DNA of 64,000 bases from an uncultured delta proteobacterium (GCA_963778115.1 CAVZSV010000004.1:2304001-2368000), one strand, 5' to 3'. Shown: positions 49,403 through 59,395, counted from the stretch's first letter. The notes: generated by a model not told the origin, from the sequence alone. Made by a program: numbers and translations.

Positions 49403-50770
49403 GTGTGTGCCATATTCGGCATCGTAAATCATGAAGAGGCGGCGAATTTGGCCTACTTGGGGCTTCATGCGCTTCAGCATCGAGGCCAAGAGGGGGCCGG
49501 AATTGTTACACACGATGGAAAGATTCCTTATATTCACCGAAAGATGGGCTTAGTGGGTGAAGTCTTCGGCAACGGATCGTTAGCCGCCCTTCAGGGACGA
49601 ACTGCCATTGGGCATACGCGTTACTCGACCACGGGCGGAAATACGGCGGCTAATCTGCAACCTTTGCTTACCCGAAGTTCGTTAGGTTGGGTGTCGATAG
49701 CCCACAACGGAAATTTGGTGAATGCTGCTGAAGTGACCCAAGCGTTGGAACGAGAAGGTTCCATCTTTCAATCGACCAACGATACCGAAGTGATTACCCA
49801 CCTCATTGCTCGCTCGAAAGCTAAAGACCTTCCCACAGCACTGGTGACCGCCTTGAAGCAGGTGCAAGGTGCCTACTCGCTTCTAGTCATGAACGAAGAG
49901 ATGCTAATTGCCGTAAGAGATCCTTTCGGATTTAGGCCGTTGGTATTAGGGGATTTTCGAGGAAGTCCGGTCCTAGCCAGTGAAACGTGTGCTTTTGATT
50001 TGATAGGGGCCTCTTACGTTAGAGAGATCGAGCCTGGTGAGATGGTAGTCTTTTCGGCGGATAGCTCTTTTGAACCCATATCTAGTTTTCCCTTCGGAAA
50101 AACCGATGCTCGCCGGTGTGTTTTCGAATACATCTACTTTGCCCGTCCCGATAGTCTTCTGTACGGCAAGAATGTTCATGAGATGAGAAAGCAGCTGGGG
50201 CGGCAGCTAGCCAAAGAGTGCCCAGCGATTGGTGCCGACTTAGTGATTCCCATTCCAGATTCCGGAGTTCCGGCGGCTATCGGCTTTGCCGAGCAGGCGG
50301 GCATTCCCTTTGATATGGCTATTATCCGAAGCCATTACATTGGACGCACGTTCATCGAGCCGAAACAGTCCATTCGTGATTTCGGAGTTAAGTTAAAGCT
50401 CAACCCTGTCAGCGAATGCGTTAACGGCAAGAGTGTGGTCATTGTCGACGATAGCTTGGTTCGAGGAACGACGTCGAAGAAGTTAATCCGCCACTTACGA
50501 GAAGCGGGGGCCCGGGAAGTTCATATGCGCATCTCAGCTCCTCCGACGACTAATTCCTGTTTTTACGGAATTGATACTCCGACACGTAAGGAATTGGTGG
50601 CGTCGTCTCAGGATGTGGAATCGATCCGCCAATTCATCGGGGCCGATTCGTTGGGCTACATTAGCTTGGAAGGCCTGATGGAGTGCTCCAAACAGCCGAC
50701 GGGTGGCTACTGCCATGCTTGTTTCTCCGGAAAATATCCGACCCCAATTGATGCCTCGCAGATGATTTAG
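49403..50770 (+). CDS. purF: Amidophosphoribosyltransferase
   Basis: N-terminal Cys, QHRGQEGAG, GHTRYST, CVFEYIYFARPDS, VDDSLVRGTT. Confidence 0.97.
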   Translation: MCAIFGIVNHEEAANLAYLGLHALQHRGQEGAGIVTHDGKIPYIHRKMGLVGEVFGNGSLAALQGRTAIGHTRYSTTGGNTAANLQPLLTRSSLGWVSIAHNGNLVNAAEVTQALEREGSIFQSTNDTEVITHLIARSKAKDLPTALVTALKQVQGAYSLLVMNEEMLIAVRDPFGFRPLVLGDFRGSPVLASETCAFDLIGASYVREIEPGEMVVFSADSSFEPISSFPFGKTDARRCVFEYIYFARPDSLLYGKNVHEMRKQLGRQLAKECPAIGADLVIPIPDSGVPAAIGFAEQAGIPFDMAIIRSHYIGRTFIEPKQSIRDFGVKLKLNPVSECVNGKSVVIVDDSLVRGTTSKKLIRHLREAGAREVHMRISAPPTTNSCFYGIDTPTRKELVASSQDVESIRQFIGADSLGYISLEGLMECSKQPTGGYCHACFSGKYPTPIDASQMI

Positions 50771-50797
50771 TTTTTTAAACGTCAGTGCCCGTAATAC

Positions 50798-50832
50798 TTA
50801 CCGGTTGCTTCGTCGCATAAGGGGCTCTTCAT
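50798..50832. repeat. REP-like intergenic element, copy 2 (reverse orientation)
   Basis: Reverse complement matches 21050-21084 at 24/35 positions, ungapped. Confidence 0.5.
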
Positions 50833-50835
50833 ACT

Positions 50836-51999
50836 TCACTCCACAAACTTATGCTTCCTAAGCAAACCCTTCACCCTCTGTGGTGGCAACTGATACGCGA
50901 TATTCCCGTCTCTCCCCTCGACAGTCTTTGCGGCCAACAAAGAATTTAAAGCCGCTTCTTCCGTCGCTTCCACCACGGCTTCAAAGAGATTATTCATCGA
51001 GGAGTTCGAAAGAAGGGTCGGGGCATCAAATATTTTTTGCTTATCCGCCTCCTTAAACAGTGTTGCCGTCGAAAAAGCGATAGCAACCTCTCCGCTGCCA
51101 TTGTATCCGACGGTTCCTAGCCTTCCGATTCCAATAAAGGTCCTAAGTGCCAGGCGCGATAACTGTCGGGAATCGAGTGGGGCATCGGTCGCTACAATGA
51201 TGACAGCGGATCCTGCTCCTTTGACTTGTCGCTGGTGTTCGACCGGTAAGAGGTCGGGAATCTCTTTTGCGATTTTAATTCCGTTGATGCGAAAAACGTT
51301 ACGGGTATCGGTTCCTATGTTCATGTTAATGAGGACCCCCAACGTAAATTTCTTCTCTTTCCCATCGAGAGTAATGGGGACTATCCGCGATGCGCTTCCT
51401 ATGCCCGATTTAAAATCGAAAGAGATCATTCCAGTTCCCGCTCCCACTGATCCTTCTTCGAAAGACTCGGAAGCTCTTTCAATGGCTTGGCGGACGTGTT
51501 CCGGCTTTACATGTTGGCCGTTGATATCGTTAAGCGAACTATCGTCACACTCCAAAACTACCGGCATCCAGGCATCTACCGACGGGTGTTTCTGAAGATT
51601 CCATTTGAGAAGCCCGCTCTGAACGGCCGCTACACTTAAGGTGTTGGTAAGCGCTATCGGACTTTCCAAGAGTCCAGATTCATCCAGCCACAATTTTCCA
51701 AGAGCCTCTCCGTTGCCATTAAGAACCGCGGAGCCTGCCATAACCTTCTTTGTCCAAGGATCGGTACTTCCGGGAAGGACCACCGTCACTCCCGTGCGCA
51801 CAGGACCCCTACCGATCGAAAGCTTCCCGGCGCCTGAGTTTAGCGTTACCTGTCCGACCAAAACTCCTTTAACGTCGGTAATAAGATTCAGTCTTCCGGA
51901 GTCGTAGTCGCCGAACTTTAGGCCCAAGGAGGGAGCCTGAAATCCTGCCAAGGTTTGGCCGCAAACGAGATACACAAGAAGCACTAACGATTTGTTCAT
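50836..51999 (-). CDS. P1/S58 family peptidase (DmpA-like L-aminopeptidase), secreted
   Basis: ITDVKGVLVG, RTGVT, ECDDSSLNDI, EGSVGAGTGM, GS autocleavage site before ATDAPL, ATEEA. Confidence 0.9.
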   Translation of the reverse strand: MNKSLVLLVYLVCGQTLAGFQAPSLGLKFGDYDSGRLNLITDVKGVLVGQVTLNSGAGKLSIGRGPVRTGVTVVLPGSTDPWTKKVMAGSAVLNGNGEALGKLWLDESGLLESPIALTNTLSVAAVQSGLLKWNLQKHPSVDAWMPVVLECDDSSLNDINGQHVKPEHVRQAIERASESFEEGSVGAGTGMISFDFKSGIGSASRIVPITLDGKEKKFTLGVLINMNIGTDTRNVFRINGIKIAKEIPDLLPVEHQRQVKGAGSAVIIVATDAPLDSRQLSRLALRTFIGIGRLGTVGYNGSGEVAIAFSTATLFKEADKQKIFDAPTLLSNSSMNNLFEAVVEATEEAALNSLLAAKTVEGRDGNIAYQLPPQRVKGLLRKHKFVE

Positions 52000-52292
52000 C
52001 GGGATGAATTACGCTAATCCGCCATCCCGAGCAATTGCTTTCTACCGCGCGGAAGCGATGCGCCATTTTGGTAATCTCCGGTGAAATTTTACCCGTAATG
52101 TGCCTGCCTCTTGGGGGCATTTCGACACCGCTTGGCATCACTTCCTCTGCTTTTTGGGTACACTTTGGCCACGGCGGGCTCAGCGGCGGGGGAATTTAGG
52201 CTCAAATACGGGAATAACCTACACCGGCACGAGAGATGCAACCATCCAGTGTCCAGGCATGGGTGCTAACGCGGTTAGGGTTCGGGGGAACT

Positions 52293-52943
52293 ATGAAATG
52301 GCCGGAACTTAGTCAGGTTTTTGCCTCAGTGGAAATTCCCGTGGGTTTGGTCCCTTCACAGCTTACGCGTGAAGAGGTTCCCCAGATCATTGAATCCTTA
52401 TCACGCTGGTTTCCTGATATCTCGGTAAGCAGTGAGTCTTACCACCTCGATCCAGATTTTTATTTCGACAAGACGCTACTCGCCGCAAGCCATGAGTCTG
52501 AGAGCACTAATGTTTACCCTCTCGTTTTAAAGCATTTGGGCAAACCCGTTTTCTTTGTGACGTTACAACGCGAATTGAATGCCCGTACGCTAACGGGAAG
52601 ATTGCTTGCCATTGATCCCAATTATCGGGGCCAAGGGCTAGCGAATTTGGGCCCTAGAATTTTGGAGACTATGGGAAAGTCGATGGGGGTCGCACTGCTC
52701 TATTACTACGCCAGTGTGACGACCATCCATCAACAAATGGCGGCGGAACGAGCAGGTTTTAAGTTGATTGGTTTAATGCCGGCTTCCGATAGGCATCTCA
52801 TGGCGCCAGGAAGGGTGTGCCGCATTTTTGAGGCGATCTACGCCAAAGTACTCGTTAGTGAAGATGAAGTTTTTGTCCCGCCGTCGGAAGCGCTGACCCC
52901 CCAGACTCAGGCGCTATGGAACTTTCTATTTCACGGTGAATAA
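52293..52943 (+). CDS. GNAT-fold protein
   Basis: AIDPNYRGQGLA acetyl-CoA motif; start after GGGGGA. Confidence 0.7.
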   Translation: MKWPELSQVFASVEIPVGLVPSQLTREEVPQIIESLSRWFPDISVSSESYHLDPDFYFDKTLLAASHESESTNVYPLVLKHLGKPVFFVTLQRELNARTLTGRLLAIDPNYRGQGLANLGPRILETMGKSMGVALLYYYASVTTIHQQMAAERAGFKLIGLMPASDRHLMAPGRVCRIFEAIYAKVLVSEDEVFVPPSEALTPQTQALWNFLFHGE

Positions 52944-53749
52944 CGATTCAAAAATAGATCGCGAAACCGTTTAGCCAATAAGACACGCGATCCCTTGACG
53001 GTAGTGGACGGAAAAATACGCTTCAAATTCATGAGTACTTTGCCGTTCAACGTCGGGTAGATCTCTTCTTTGCCTCTTTCCAGCCCCTTCAAGATCTCAC
53101 GCACCGTCTGTTCCGGGGTGGAGAGTAGAAAAGAGAGCCATTCAGGAAAACCTAACTGTTTTCCCTTGGCGATCATTTGTGTCTCCACAAATCCCGGCGA
53201 AACCATAACTAAGCAAACGCTAGAATCTTTAAGATTAAGCTCTTCACGCAATGCTCGAGTGAAACCCACGACAGCGTGTTTACTGGCCGAATAGGAAGTT
53301 AGAAAGGGGGCAGCGATGTGACCGGCAACGGAGGCCATGTTGATGATGGTTCCACTTCCCTGTTTCTCCATGGCTTCCAAGGCGATTCGGGTTCCCAGCG
53401 CCACTCCATCGAGATTTACGGAAATGACCCTGCGAAAAGTGGCGTGCGGAGTTCCCAAAAAATCTCCCATTCCCGCCACCCCAGCGTTATTGAACCAAAA
53501 GTCGATCTTTCCCTGGCGGCTTAGGATAATGTCTTTGGTTTTTTCCATGTCGGAATCCGAAGTGACATCGGCTAGGCAGGAAAAAAAATCTTTAGAGACT
53601 TTCGACGATTCCGTGGCAAGGCGATTTAAATTCAATTCATCGGTATCGATGCCGTAGACGATGGCCCCTTTCGCCAAGAGTTGCCCCACAAGTTCGCGTC
53701 CGATTCCGTTGGCGGCACCCGTAATAGCGCAAACTTTGGTACTAAACAT
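52931..53749 (-). CDS. Short-chain dehydrogenase/reductase
   Basis: TGAANGIG, NNAG, YSASK. Confidence 0.92.
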   Translation of the reverse strand: MFSTKVCAITGAANGIGRELVGQLLAKGAIVYGIDTDELNLNRLATESSKVSKDFFSCLADVTSDSDMEKTKDIILSRQGKIDFWFNNAGVAGMGDFLGTPHATFRRVISVNLDGVALGTRIALEAMEKQGSGTIINMASVAGHIAAPFLTSYSASKHAVVGFTRALREELNLKDSSVCLVMVSPGFVETQMIAKGKQLGFPEWLSFLLSTPEQTVREILKGLERGKEEIYPTLNGKVLMNLKRIFPSTTVKGSRVLLAKRFRDLFLNRYSP

Positions 53750-54587
53750 CAGACTTTTCTTTCATCTCTTCCAACCAGTGAGCCTTTTTCTTGTCGACCA
53801 CTAGAATCTCCTCGAATTTCGCTCCAAAAGTGGAAGTTCCTATATGGGGCTCTATCGCCCACAGACCGCTTAAATCTCCTTCATGATTGGCATTGAGCAG
53901 CTGGCCAAACAAACCTCGAGAGAGAAACTCCCAATAGGACTGCCAACCGAAATTAAGCAATCGGAAACTCGGACCATGGAGCACGTTATGGTGGATCCGG
54001 TGACCCAGCACGGAAAAAGGATATTTTTGATGGATATTATCGTAGCCCGACTTCTTAATGGTATCGTCGATATCGCTCCAGATTTGCGATCCGGTGGTGG
54101 AGGAGCTAAATAGTTTCGGAATTTCGTTTCTAAGTTTGTCCAAAAACGTCATGGCCTTATCTAGTTCCGGATTAGGGCCGAGGGACGAGGTATAGCCGAT
54201 GTCGCAGATATAGCCGTCCAAAATGGGTGCCACATCCAAAATGAAAACCTCACCGGGAAGCAAAAGCCGTTTGGAAGGACTATACTGGGAATAGGTACGA
54301 ATTTTATCGAATCGAGTTCTTTCGCCGTACCAGGCGAAAGGGTAGTGAAAGAAATCTTTCACTCCGCAGTCTCTCAAGTAAGTCGTCACCAGATCCGCAG
54401 CTTGTTTCTCCGTCCACCCTTCTCTCATCAGAGAAGTTACCTCTCTCACAGCGGCGAAGGCTAATCGTTGGCTCTTCAGATATCCGGCCAGCGTTTTGGC
54501 ATCGGCAGAAGGGACAGCAGGCGGAGAGAAACGTCTAAGGACAGGAAGGGAAGAGACCCGGGAGAGGTGATTAGGCGCGCTTTTCAT
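53742..54587 (-). CDS. M24-family metallopeptidase (single catalytic domain)
   Basis: Metal ligands in ILDVAP..GYICD, GH, AIEPH and KFEE; GAGGAG RBS. Confidence 0.85.
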   Translation of the reverse strand: MKSAPNHLSRVSSLPVLRRFSPPAVPSADAKTLAGYLKSQRLAFAAVREVTSLMREGWTEKQAADLVTTYLRDCGVKDFFHYPFAWYGERTRFDKIRTYSQYSPSKRLLLPGEVFILDVAPILDGYICDIGYTSSLGPNPELDKAMTFLDKLRNEIPKLFSSSTTGSQIWSDIDDTIKKSGYDNIHQKYPFSVLGHRIHHNVLHGPSFRLLNFGWQSYWEFLSRGLFGQLLNANHEGDLSGLWAIEPHIGTSTFGAKFEEILVVDKKKAHWLEEMKEKSDV

Positions 54588-55473
54588 GGGAGTACTCCTC
54601 TGCCGGGAGAAAACCGTCAAGGATGCCATTGACTTCGTCAGGCATCTCTCGGAATACCCAATGATTGCCATCCAAGATTCGTAAAGTCACGGAACTTGCA
54701 TAGGGTTCCAATTCATCTAGCGTGGGAGGAGTTAAGAAAGCATCTCTACAACCCCACAGGACCAAAACGGGAACTCGAACCTTTTCAGGCGCGCGCCGAA
54801 GTAATTTGGGAAGCTCTCGGGTGAACGCGCGGTATTGGTTGACGACCCGCGCTATTCCTCTTCCGGCGTGGACCGCTTTAGGACGAAGTTCGTTGGGTAG
54901 CTCGCCACGACCGTACGCAAAGTGGAGAAAGGTGCGGGGCAACGTTCGTACGATCGCTTCGGGAAGCCAAGGGAGCTGCATGAGATAGATGTAAAACGAC
55001 TTGAGTTGCTGTCTCATATTGGCAAATCTTCCAAACATCTGAGCAACGGAGAGGCCGTTGATAATAACCATCCCTGATAGGCGATTTCCCAGTAAAGGGG
55101 CTAAATTCCAAGCAAGGGCTGCCCCCAAATCGTGACCGACACAGTAGATGGGCTTTTTTTGTGTCGGGTCCAACTCTCGCAAGAGCGCTAAGCAATCTAA
55201 GGATAGGGAGTCCAACGAATAGCGATTCAACGAAGCGGCCCCTTCGTAGGGATAAAGACCGCGAGTATAGGGGCGAATCACGCGAAAACGGTTTTCAAAA
55301 TGTTCACTTTGGAAATTCCAGACTTGAGGCCCGTCAGGAAACCCATGCAATAAAAGTAAGATGGGGGCGTCTTCGGGTCCGCTTTCAAGCCACGCGGTTT
55401 TTAGCCCACGGAAATTGCGGGTGAGATGACTATCCGATTCGTTGGCCGATTCCTTGGCCGATTCTTTAGCCAT
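54571..55473 (-). CDS. Alpha/beta hydrolase, epoxide-hydrolase type
   Basis: HGFP, GHDLG (Asp nucleophile), lid tyrosines (FYIY, NQYRA), GNHW. Confidence 0.88.
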   Translation of the reverse strand: MAKESAKESANESDSHLTRNFRGLKTAWLESGPEDAPILLLLHGFPDGPQVWNFQSEHFENRFRVIRPYTRGLYPYEGAASLNRYSLDSLSLDCLALLRELDPTQKKPIYCVGHDLGAALAWNLAPLLGNRLSGMVIINGLSVAQMFGRFANMRQQLKSFYIYLMQLPWLPEAIVRTLPRTFLHFAYGRGELPNELRPKAVHAGRGIARVVNQYRAFTRELPKLLRRAPEKVRVPVLVLWGCRDAFLTPPTLDELEPYASSVTLRILDGNHWVFREMPDEVNGILDGFLPAEEYSHEKRA

Positions 55474-56509
55474 TTATTTTTTTCAGGATCCTTTCTTCGG
55501 TTTCCAGCGGCACCAAAGGAGCAGTGTGAGGCTCTGGGAAGGGAAAGTTCAATGCGCGGTGCTTTAAAGCCATCTTTGAAGTCAGGCTATGATTCTTAGT
55601 ATTGAGAACGAGACTGACGTAAGGGGCGCTTACAAATAGCCGCTTCGTCAATTCCACCATGGGGATTTGCCGCATCAAGGGAAGACAGCTTGCGATCATT
55701 TCAAAGAAGGGATGCCGACTCCTAAGCTGCTCCGCTTCAAATATTTTATGGAGCTCGTTTAGAATCCAGCCTGTGGAAAAGAGTTGGCCGAAAAGAAGAT
55801 CGGTCTTTCGGTGCAAAAGCCGTTTTAGCGTAAACGATCGACGCTCCAGAAGTTCGAGCATCAAAAAAGCATAGTTATGGTGACGTTGCTCTTCCTCCAT
55901 ATGCTTTTTGTGGACTTCATAGTAGAGCGGATCGATCGATTCCTTTACCCGGTGAATATCGCGAAATAGTTCTAATGAAACCTCCTCTACGGCAGCCACC
56001 ACCCACCAGAAGGCATGGCCTCCCGACTTGGCGTTGGCGATGACCGCTTTCAAGAAGAGCGAACCGAAAGCTTTGGGAAGCAGACGATCCAAGAGTTCAG
56101 GATCGATCCCCTCGGTGGCGCAAAAGATCTCGTTAAACCGGGCAAAAGCTAAAGCGTGCTTATTCTCCTCTATAAAAAAGAGTTCTCCCAATTCCCATAT
56201 CTCGGGGCCGACGGAAAACTCCCGAAGCGGCTTTGCCCATGCTACAGCCCTTAGTTTATTGATAACGCTTTCCATCTCCGAGATGGTGGAATTGATGATG
56301 AGGCCAGAGAGTTGGGAAAGGGCCAGTCGTTGTTGGGGACTTGCTCCCGGGAAGGCGATATTTTCCGAATCCAAAGGGAGAAAGGGACGAGAAGTATCGA
56401 TTCCAAGCGACCATTTCACGCCTTTTTCTAAGTCCCACGCGTATTTTCGCTGCCTCTGCGCTTGCGCGCTGAGTGATTGGTAGTCGAAGAGATGACTGGC
56501 GCCGTTCAA
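55466..56509 (-). CDS. Ferritin-like diiron oxygenase (AurF-like / metal-dependent hydrolase-like)
   Basis: SEME, EENKH, AAVEE and HMEEEQRHH diiron ligand pattern; TTG start after GAGG. Confidence 0.75.
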   Translation of the reverse strand: MNGASHLFDYQSLSAQAQRQRKYAWDLEKGVKWSLGIDTSRPFLPLDSENIAFPGASPQQRLALSQLSGLIINSTISEMESVINKLRAVAWAKPLREFSVGPEIWELGELFFIEENKHALAFARFNEIFCATEGIDPELLDRLLPKAFGSLFLKAVIANAKSGGHAFWWVVAAVEEVSLELFRDIHRVKESIDPLYYEVHKKHMEEEQRHHNYAFLMLELLERRSFTLKRLLHRKTDLLFGQLFSTGWILNELHKIFEAEQLRSRHPFFEMIASCLPLMRQIPMVELTKRLFVSAPYVSLVLNTKNHSLTSKMALKHRALNFPFPEPHTAPLVPLETEERILKKING

Positions 56510-56612
56510 GGAGTTACCTCGTTGTGTGTCGCGGCTACTAAATTTCGGTATATTTCAATTTTTTCACATTGGTAGGATTTACGCAATTATGCTTTGGACG
56601 CGACGCGAAACA

Positions 56613-56704
56613 GCTAGGGCTCGTGCTACTGATCAAGGTATCCCCTTAAGGGATGGTTACTCTATGGCGTGCGCGAAGCGCACACCTTGATCACTAGCCC
56701 CAGC
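56613..56704 (-). ncRNA. Putative structured RNA/DNA element (multi-stem junction), unassigned
   Basis: Outer stems GCTGGGGCT/AGCCCTAGC and TGATCAAGGT/ACCTTGATCA enclose hairpins GTGCGC/GCGCAC and ATCCC/GGGAT. Confidence 0.45.
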
Positions 56705-56719
56705 AATTTTTGTTTTTTC

Positions 56720-57967
56720 CTAGAACAGAACTTCGCCACCGCGTCCCTGTTGAATCAACGGAACATAAGTTTCGAGTTCTTGTCGAATTTTCGGATCGGT
56801 TAGATCGATAGTCATCTTCCTCTCGGCCGACAGATAAGATGCCATCACAAGACGGGTGATCTCTAAACCATAGGAAAAGTTGAGGAGTCCGTCCTTCCCA
56901 CGCAGGAAATTTTCGGCGGCGTCCCGGTTCTCATCAACATAGCCGTAAAGATCGGCTTCGTTGGTTTGCACGGAGAGAAGCCCGCGGCTTGCGGTCGCTT
57001 TTTCTAAAGCCGTCTCCTGATCGGCAATGGCTTGAGCCGCCTGATCTCCGATAAAAATATTGAGTGGCGAGATCAAAGTGTTAATTTCAAACGCGTAGCC
57101 GGGTCCCATTCCGTCCATAAAAAGACGCAGCCCTTGTTTTTCAAACATCCACGAGTCGGTAAATTGGGCTTTCACCTTTTGGTTGGTTTCGGGATTCTTA
57201 TAGGTAATCATGCCCGTCGCAAAATCTTCGGCGGGCGTTTTCGAATAGTCGACCCCACGCTCTTTTAAAAGTTTTTCGCGCCATTTGGGCTGTCCCCATT
57301 TCAAGAGTGCGACCTCGCAGCTGACACTTTGAGGTTCCAGAAACGTTAGTTTCTTTCCTCTAGGGGTCAAAGCGTACCAGCCGACGGCGATACTATGGCA
57401 TCCCATATCGCTAAGTACTCCGCCGCCTTGCTGCGTGGGATCCCAAAACCAGGATCTATGGGGTCCTGCATGCTCTTCCGCCGAGCGGGTCAGCATCAAA
57501 GGGCCCATTACCTTTTGGACGGGGTCCAACTGTGCCATCTGCGTTTGGATGGCTTTCATGTGAATCTGGTTTTCGAAATACGCGGTGTTAAGTTGCGCTT
57601 GCTCGGCGAGTTCGACCAGACGCTTTGCCTCTTTTACATTTCGTCCGAGGGGTTTATCGCAAATGACGCCGCGAACTTTGGCTCCGGCGCGCTTGGCAGT
57701 TACGATCTCTTCCATGAAAGCGATACGCGTGTCATTGGGAGTATAGATAGCGATAGCGTCGACATTTTTCGCCATCTCGGAAACGCTTCGGTAGAGGGTG
57801 GCCGGACCTAACTCTCTCTCTTTGCCCCAGCCTGAGAGCGCTTCGCCTCCGGATCGGGCGAAGATTCCAGTGAGCTCCATGTTTCGAGATTGCTCCATTG
57901 CTTTGGCTTGAAATTGAGCGATGAAGCCGGCACCGATAAATCCAACCTTTAACTTTTCCATCTGCAT
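56720..57967 (-). CDS. Gfo/Idh/MocA family oxidoreductase
   Basis: GFIGAGFIA, CDKPLG, WFWDPTQQGGGVLSDMGCH. Confidence 0.9.
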   Translation of the reverse strand: MQMEKLKVGFIGAGFIAQFQAKAMEQSRNMELTGIFARSGGEALSGWGKERELGPATLYRSVSEMAKNVDAIAIYTPNDTRIAFMEEIVTAKRAGAKVRGVICDKPLGRNVKEAKRLVELAEQAQLNTAYFENQIHMKAIQTQMAQLDPVQKVMGPLMLTRSAEEHAGPHRSWFWDPTQQGGGVLSDMGCHSIAVGWYALTPRGKKLTFLEPQSVSCEVALLKWGQPKWREKLLKERGVDYSKTPAEDFATGMITYKNPETNQKVKAQFTDSWMFEKQGLRLFMDGMGPGYAFEINTLISPLNIFIGDQAAQAIADQETALEKATASRGLLSVQTNEADLYGYVDENRDAAENFLRGKDGLLNFSYGLEITRLVMASYLSAERKMTIDLTDPKIRQELETYVPLIQQGRGGEVLF

Positions 57968-58006
57968 CTCCTTTAAGATTTCACGATGACCACTTGTAGT
58001 ATCGAG

Positions 58007-59395
58007 TCAGACAGGTTTGGGAGAGGCTCTTATTCCAAGAGCTGATTTTCTCTCCGGAAGTTGGACGGCGGCATAACCACCCTGGGCGCGGAAGTACAAG
58101 AATAGAATTCCAAAGATGACGGTAAGAATCGCAGGGAGTACAGCAACCCATTGATAGGTCATCATCGCGGAATAGTGCTTGGCCTTTTCTACCTCGCTCA
58201 AGACGGAAGGATTAGTAATAGTCGCGATTTTCTTTTCGTCCAAGCCACCATGGCTAATTACCAACGGACGGACTTCAGGGGCGATAAGTTGAACGGCGTA
58301 GTGATCTTGAACCGTTCCCATCGCGGTCACCATCAATTTTCCGGCGGAGAACATTCCGGCACCGCCTAAGATCGCAAGCAGAAGGGCTCCGCCTTTGGGA
58401 AATCGTTCGGACACCACACCTAGCATCGTCGGCCAGAAGAAGGTCTTTCCGAAACCGAAAATGGTGGCCGCGGCAAATACCATGGCGGCCGATGCAGAGT
58501 TGCTTAACCAAAACAGTCCGATGGCCGAAAGAAGACTCGCCATCGTTAGCATTCCCAATGGGCTAATGGCTTTGATGATAGCTCCGGCAAAAAATTGTCG
58601 CAGGATGAACATGATTCCCGCCGTATAGACGAGTAAGAGAACTCCCTGGATCCCGACCAGATTCTGAACGAGATTTCCTACCCATTGGTCAGGGCCGAGT
58701 TCGGTGGCAGCCGTCATCATCATGAGAACCACGAAAAGAACAAATAGCGGTCGGAAGGCTTCTCGAAACATATCTCCATAAGAGACACCGCGAGCGACAC
58801 GCTCGGTCTGCGGAAATTTTTCACTCGATATCAAATAACCGTAGATGAGGGTCGGAATTAAGATGAGTCCTACTTTTATCTTCCAGCCCAGACTCAAAGC
58901 AGCACTACCGGCTCCCACCACATCGAGCCCCATTCCTTTAGTAATGGCATATCCCGACAGGCCTCCGATGATGAGTCCCCCCGGCCACCAGGCATGGAGC
59001 ATATTAAGATGTTTGGTCTTACTCTCGGGATAAAGGGTCGCTACTAACGGGTTTGCTACCGCTTCGACGAGTCCGTTGGCCAGACCGATGATCAAAGTCG
59101 CGTAATAAAGAGAGGTGAAACTGGTAGCGAGGATAGTAAGCGCGATACCAGTGACATGACCTAGAAACGCCAAGCTAAGCAGACGCTTCATACCCAAGGT
59201 ATCGACTAGAAAGCCGCCCAGGACGATAGTGATGGCAAACCCCCAGACTCCGGGCCCCATGAGGCTACCCATCTGGGTATCGGTGAATCCAAAGTCACCT
59301 TTGAGTTGGGGCACGATGTCCGTTCGGATAGAAAAGGCCATTGATGTGGCAACTAAGGCGAAACAACTCGCGATAAAGAGCTTTCTTTGACTCAT
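58007..59395 (-). CDS. MFS transporter
   Basis: About 12 TM helices, GFLVDTLGMK motif A, HAWWPGG. Confidence 0.9.
   Translation of the reverse strand: MSQRKLFIASCFALVATSMAFSIRTDIVPQLKGDFGFTDTQMGSLMGPGVWGFAITIVLGGFLVDTLGMKRLLSLAFLGHVTGIALTILATSFTSLYYATLIIGLANGLVEAVANPLVATLYPESKTKHLNMLHAWWPGGLIIGGLSGYAITKGMGLDVVGAGSAALSLGWKIKVGLILIPTLIYGYLISSEKFPQTERVARGVSYGDMFREAFRPLFVLFVVLMMMTAATELGPDQWVGNLVQNLVGIQGVLLLVYTAGIMFILRQFFAGAIIKAISPLGMLTMASLLSAIGLFWLSNSASAAMVFAAATIFGFGKTFFWPTMLGVVSERFPKGGALLLAILGGAGMFSAGKLMVTAMGTVQDHYAVQLIAPEVRPLVISHGGLDEKKIATITNPSVLSEVEKAKHYSAMMTYQWVAVLPAILTVIFGILFLYFRAQGGYAAVQLPERKSALGIRASPKPV

Noticed and set aside
52000..52029. Hairpin CGGGATG...CATCCCG next to the dmpA-like start as a riboswitch
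   Set aside because: A single 7-bp stem with no recognisable aptamer; insufficient support
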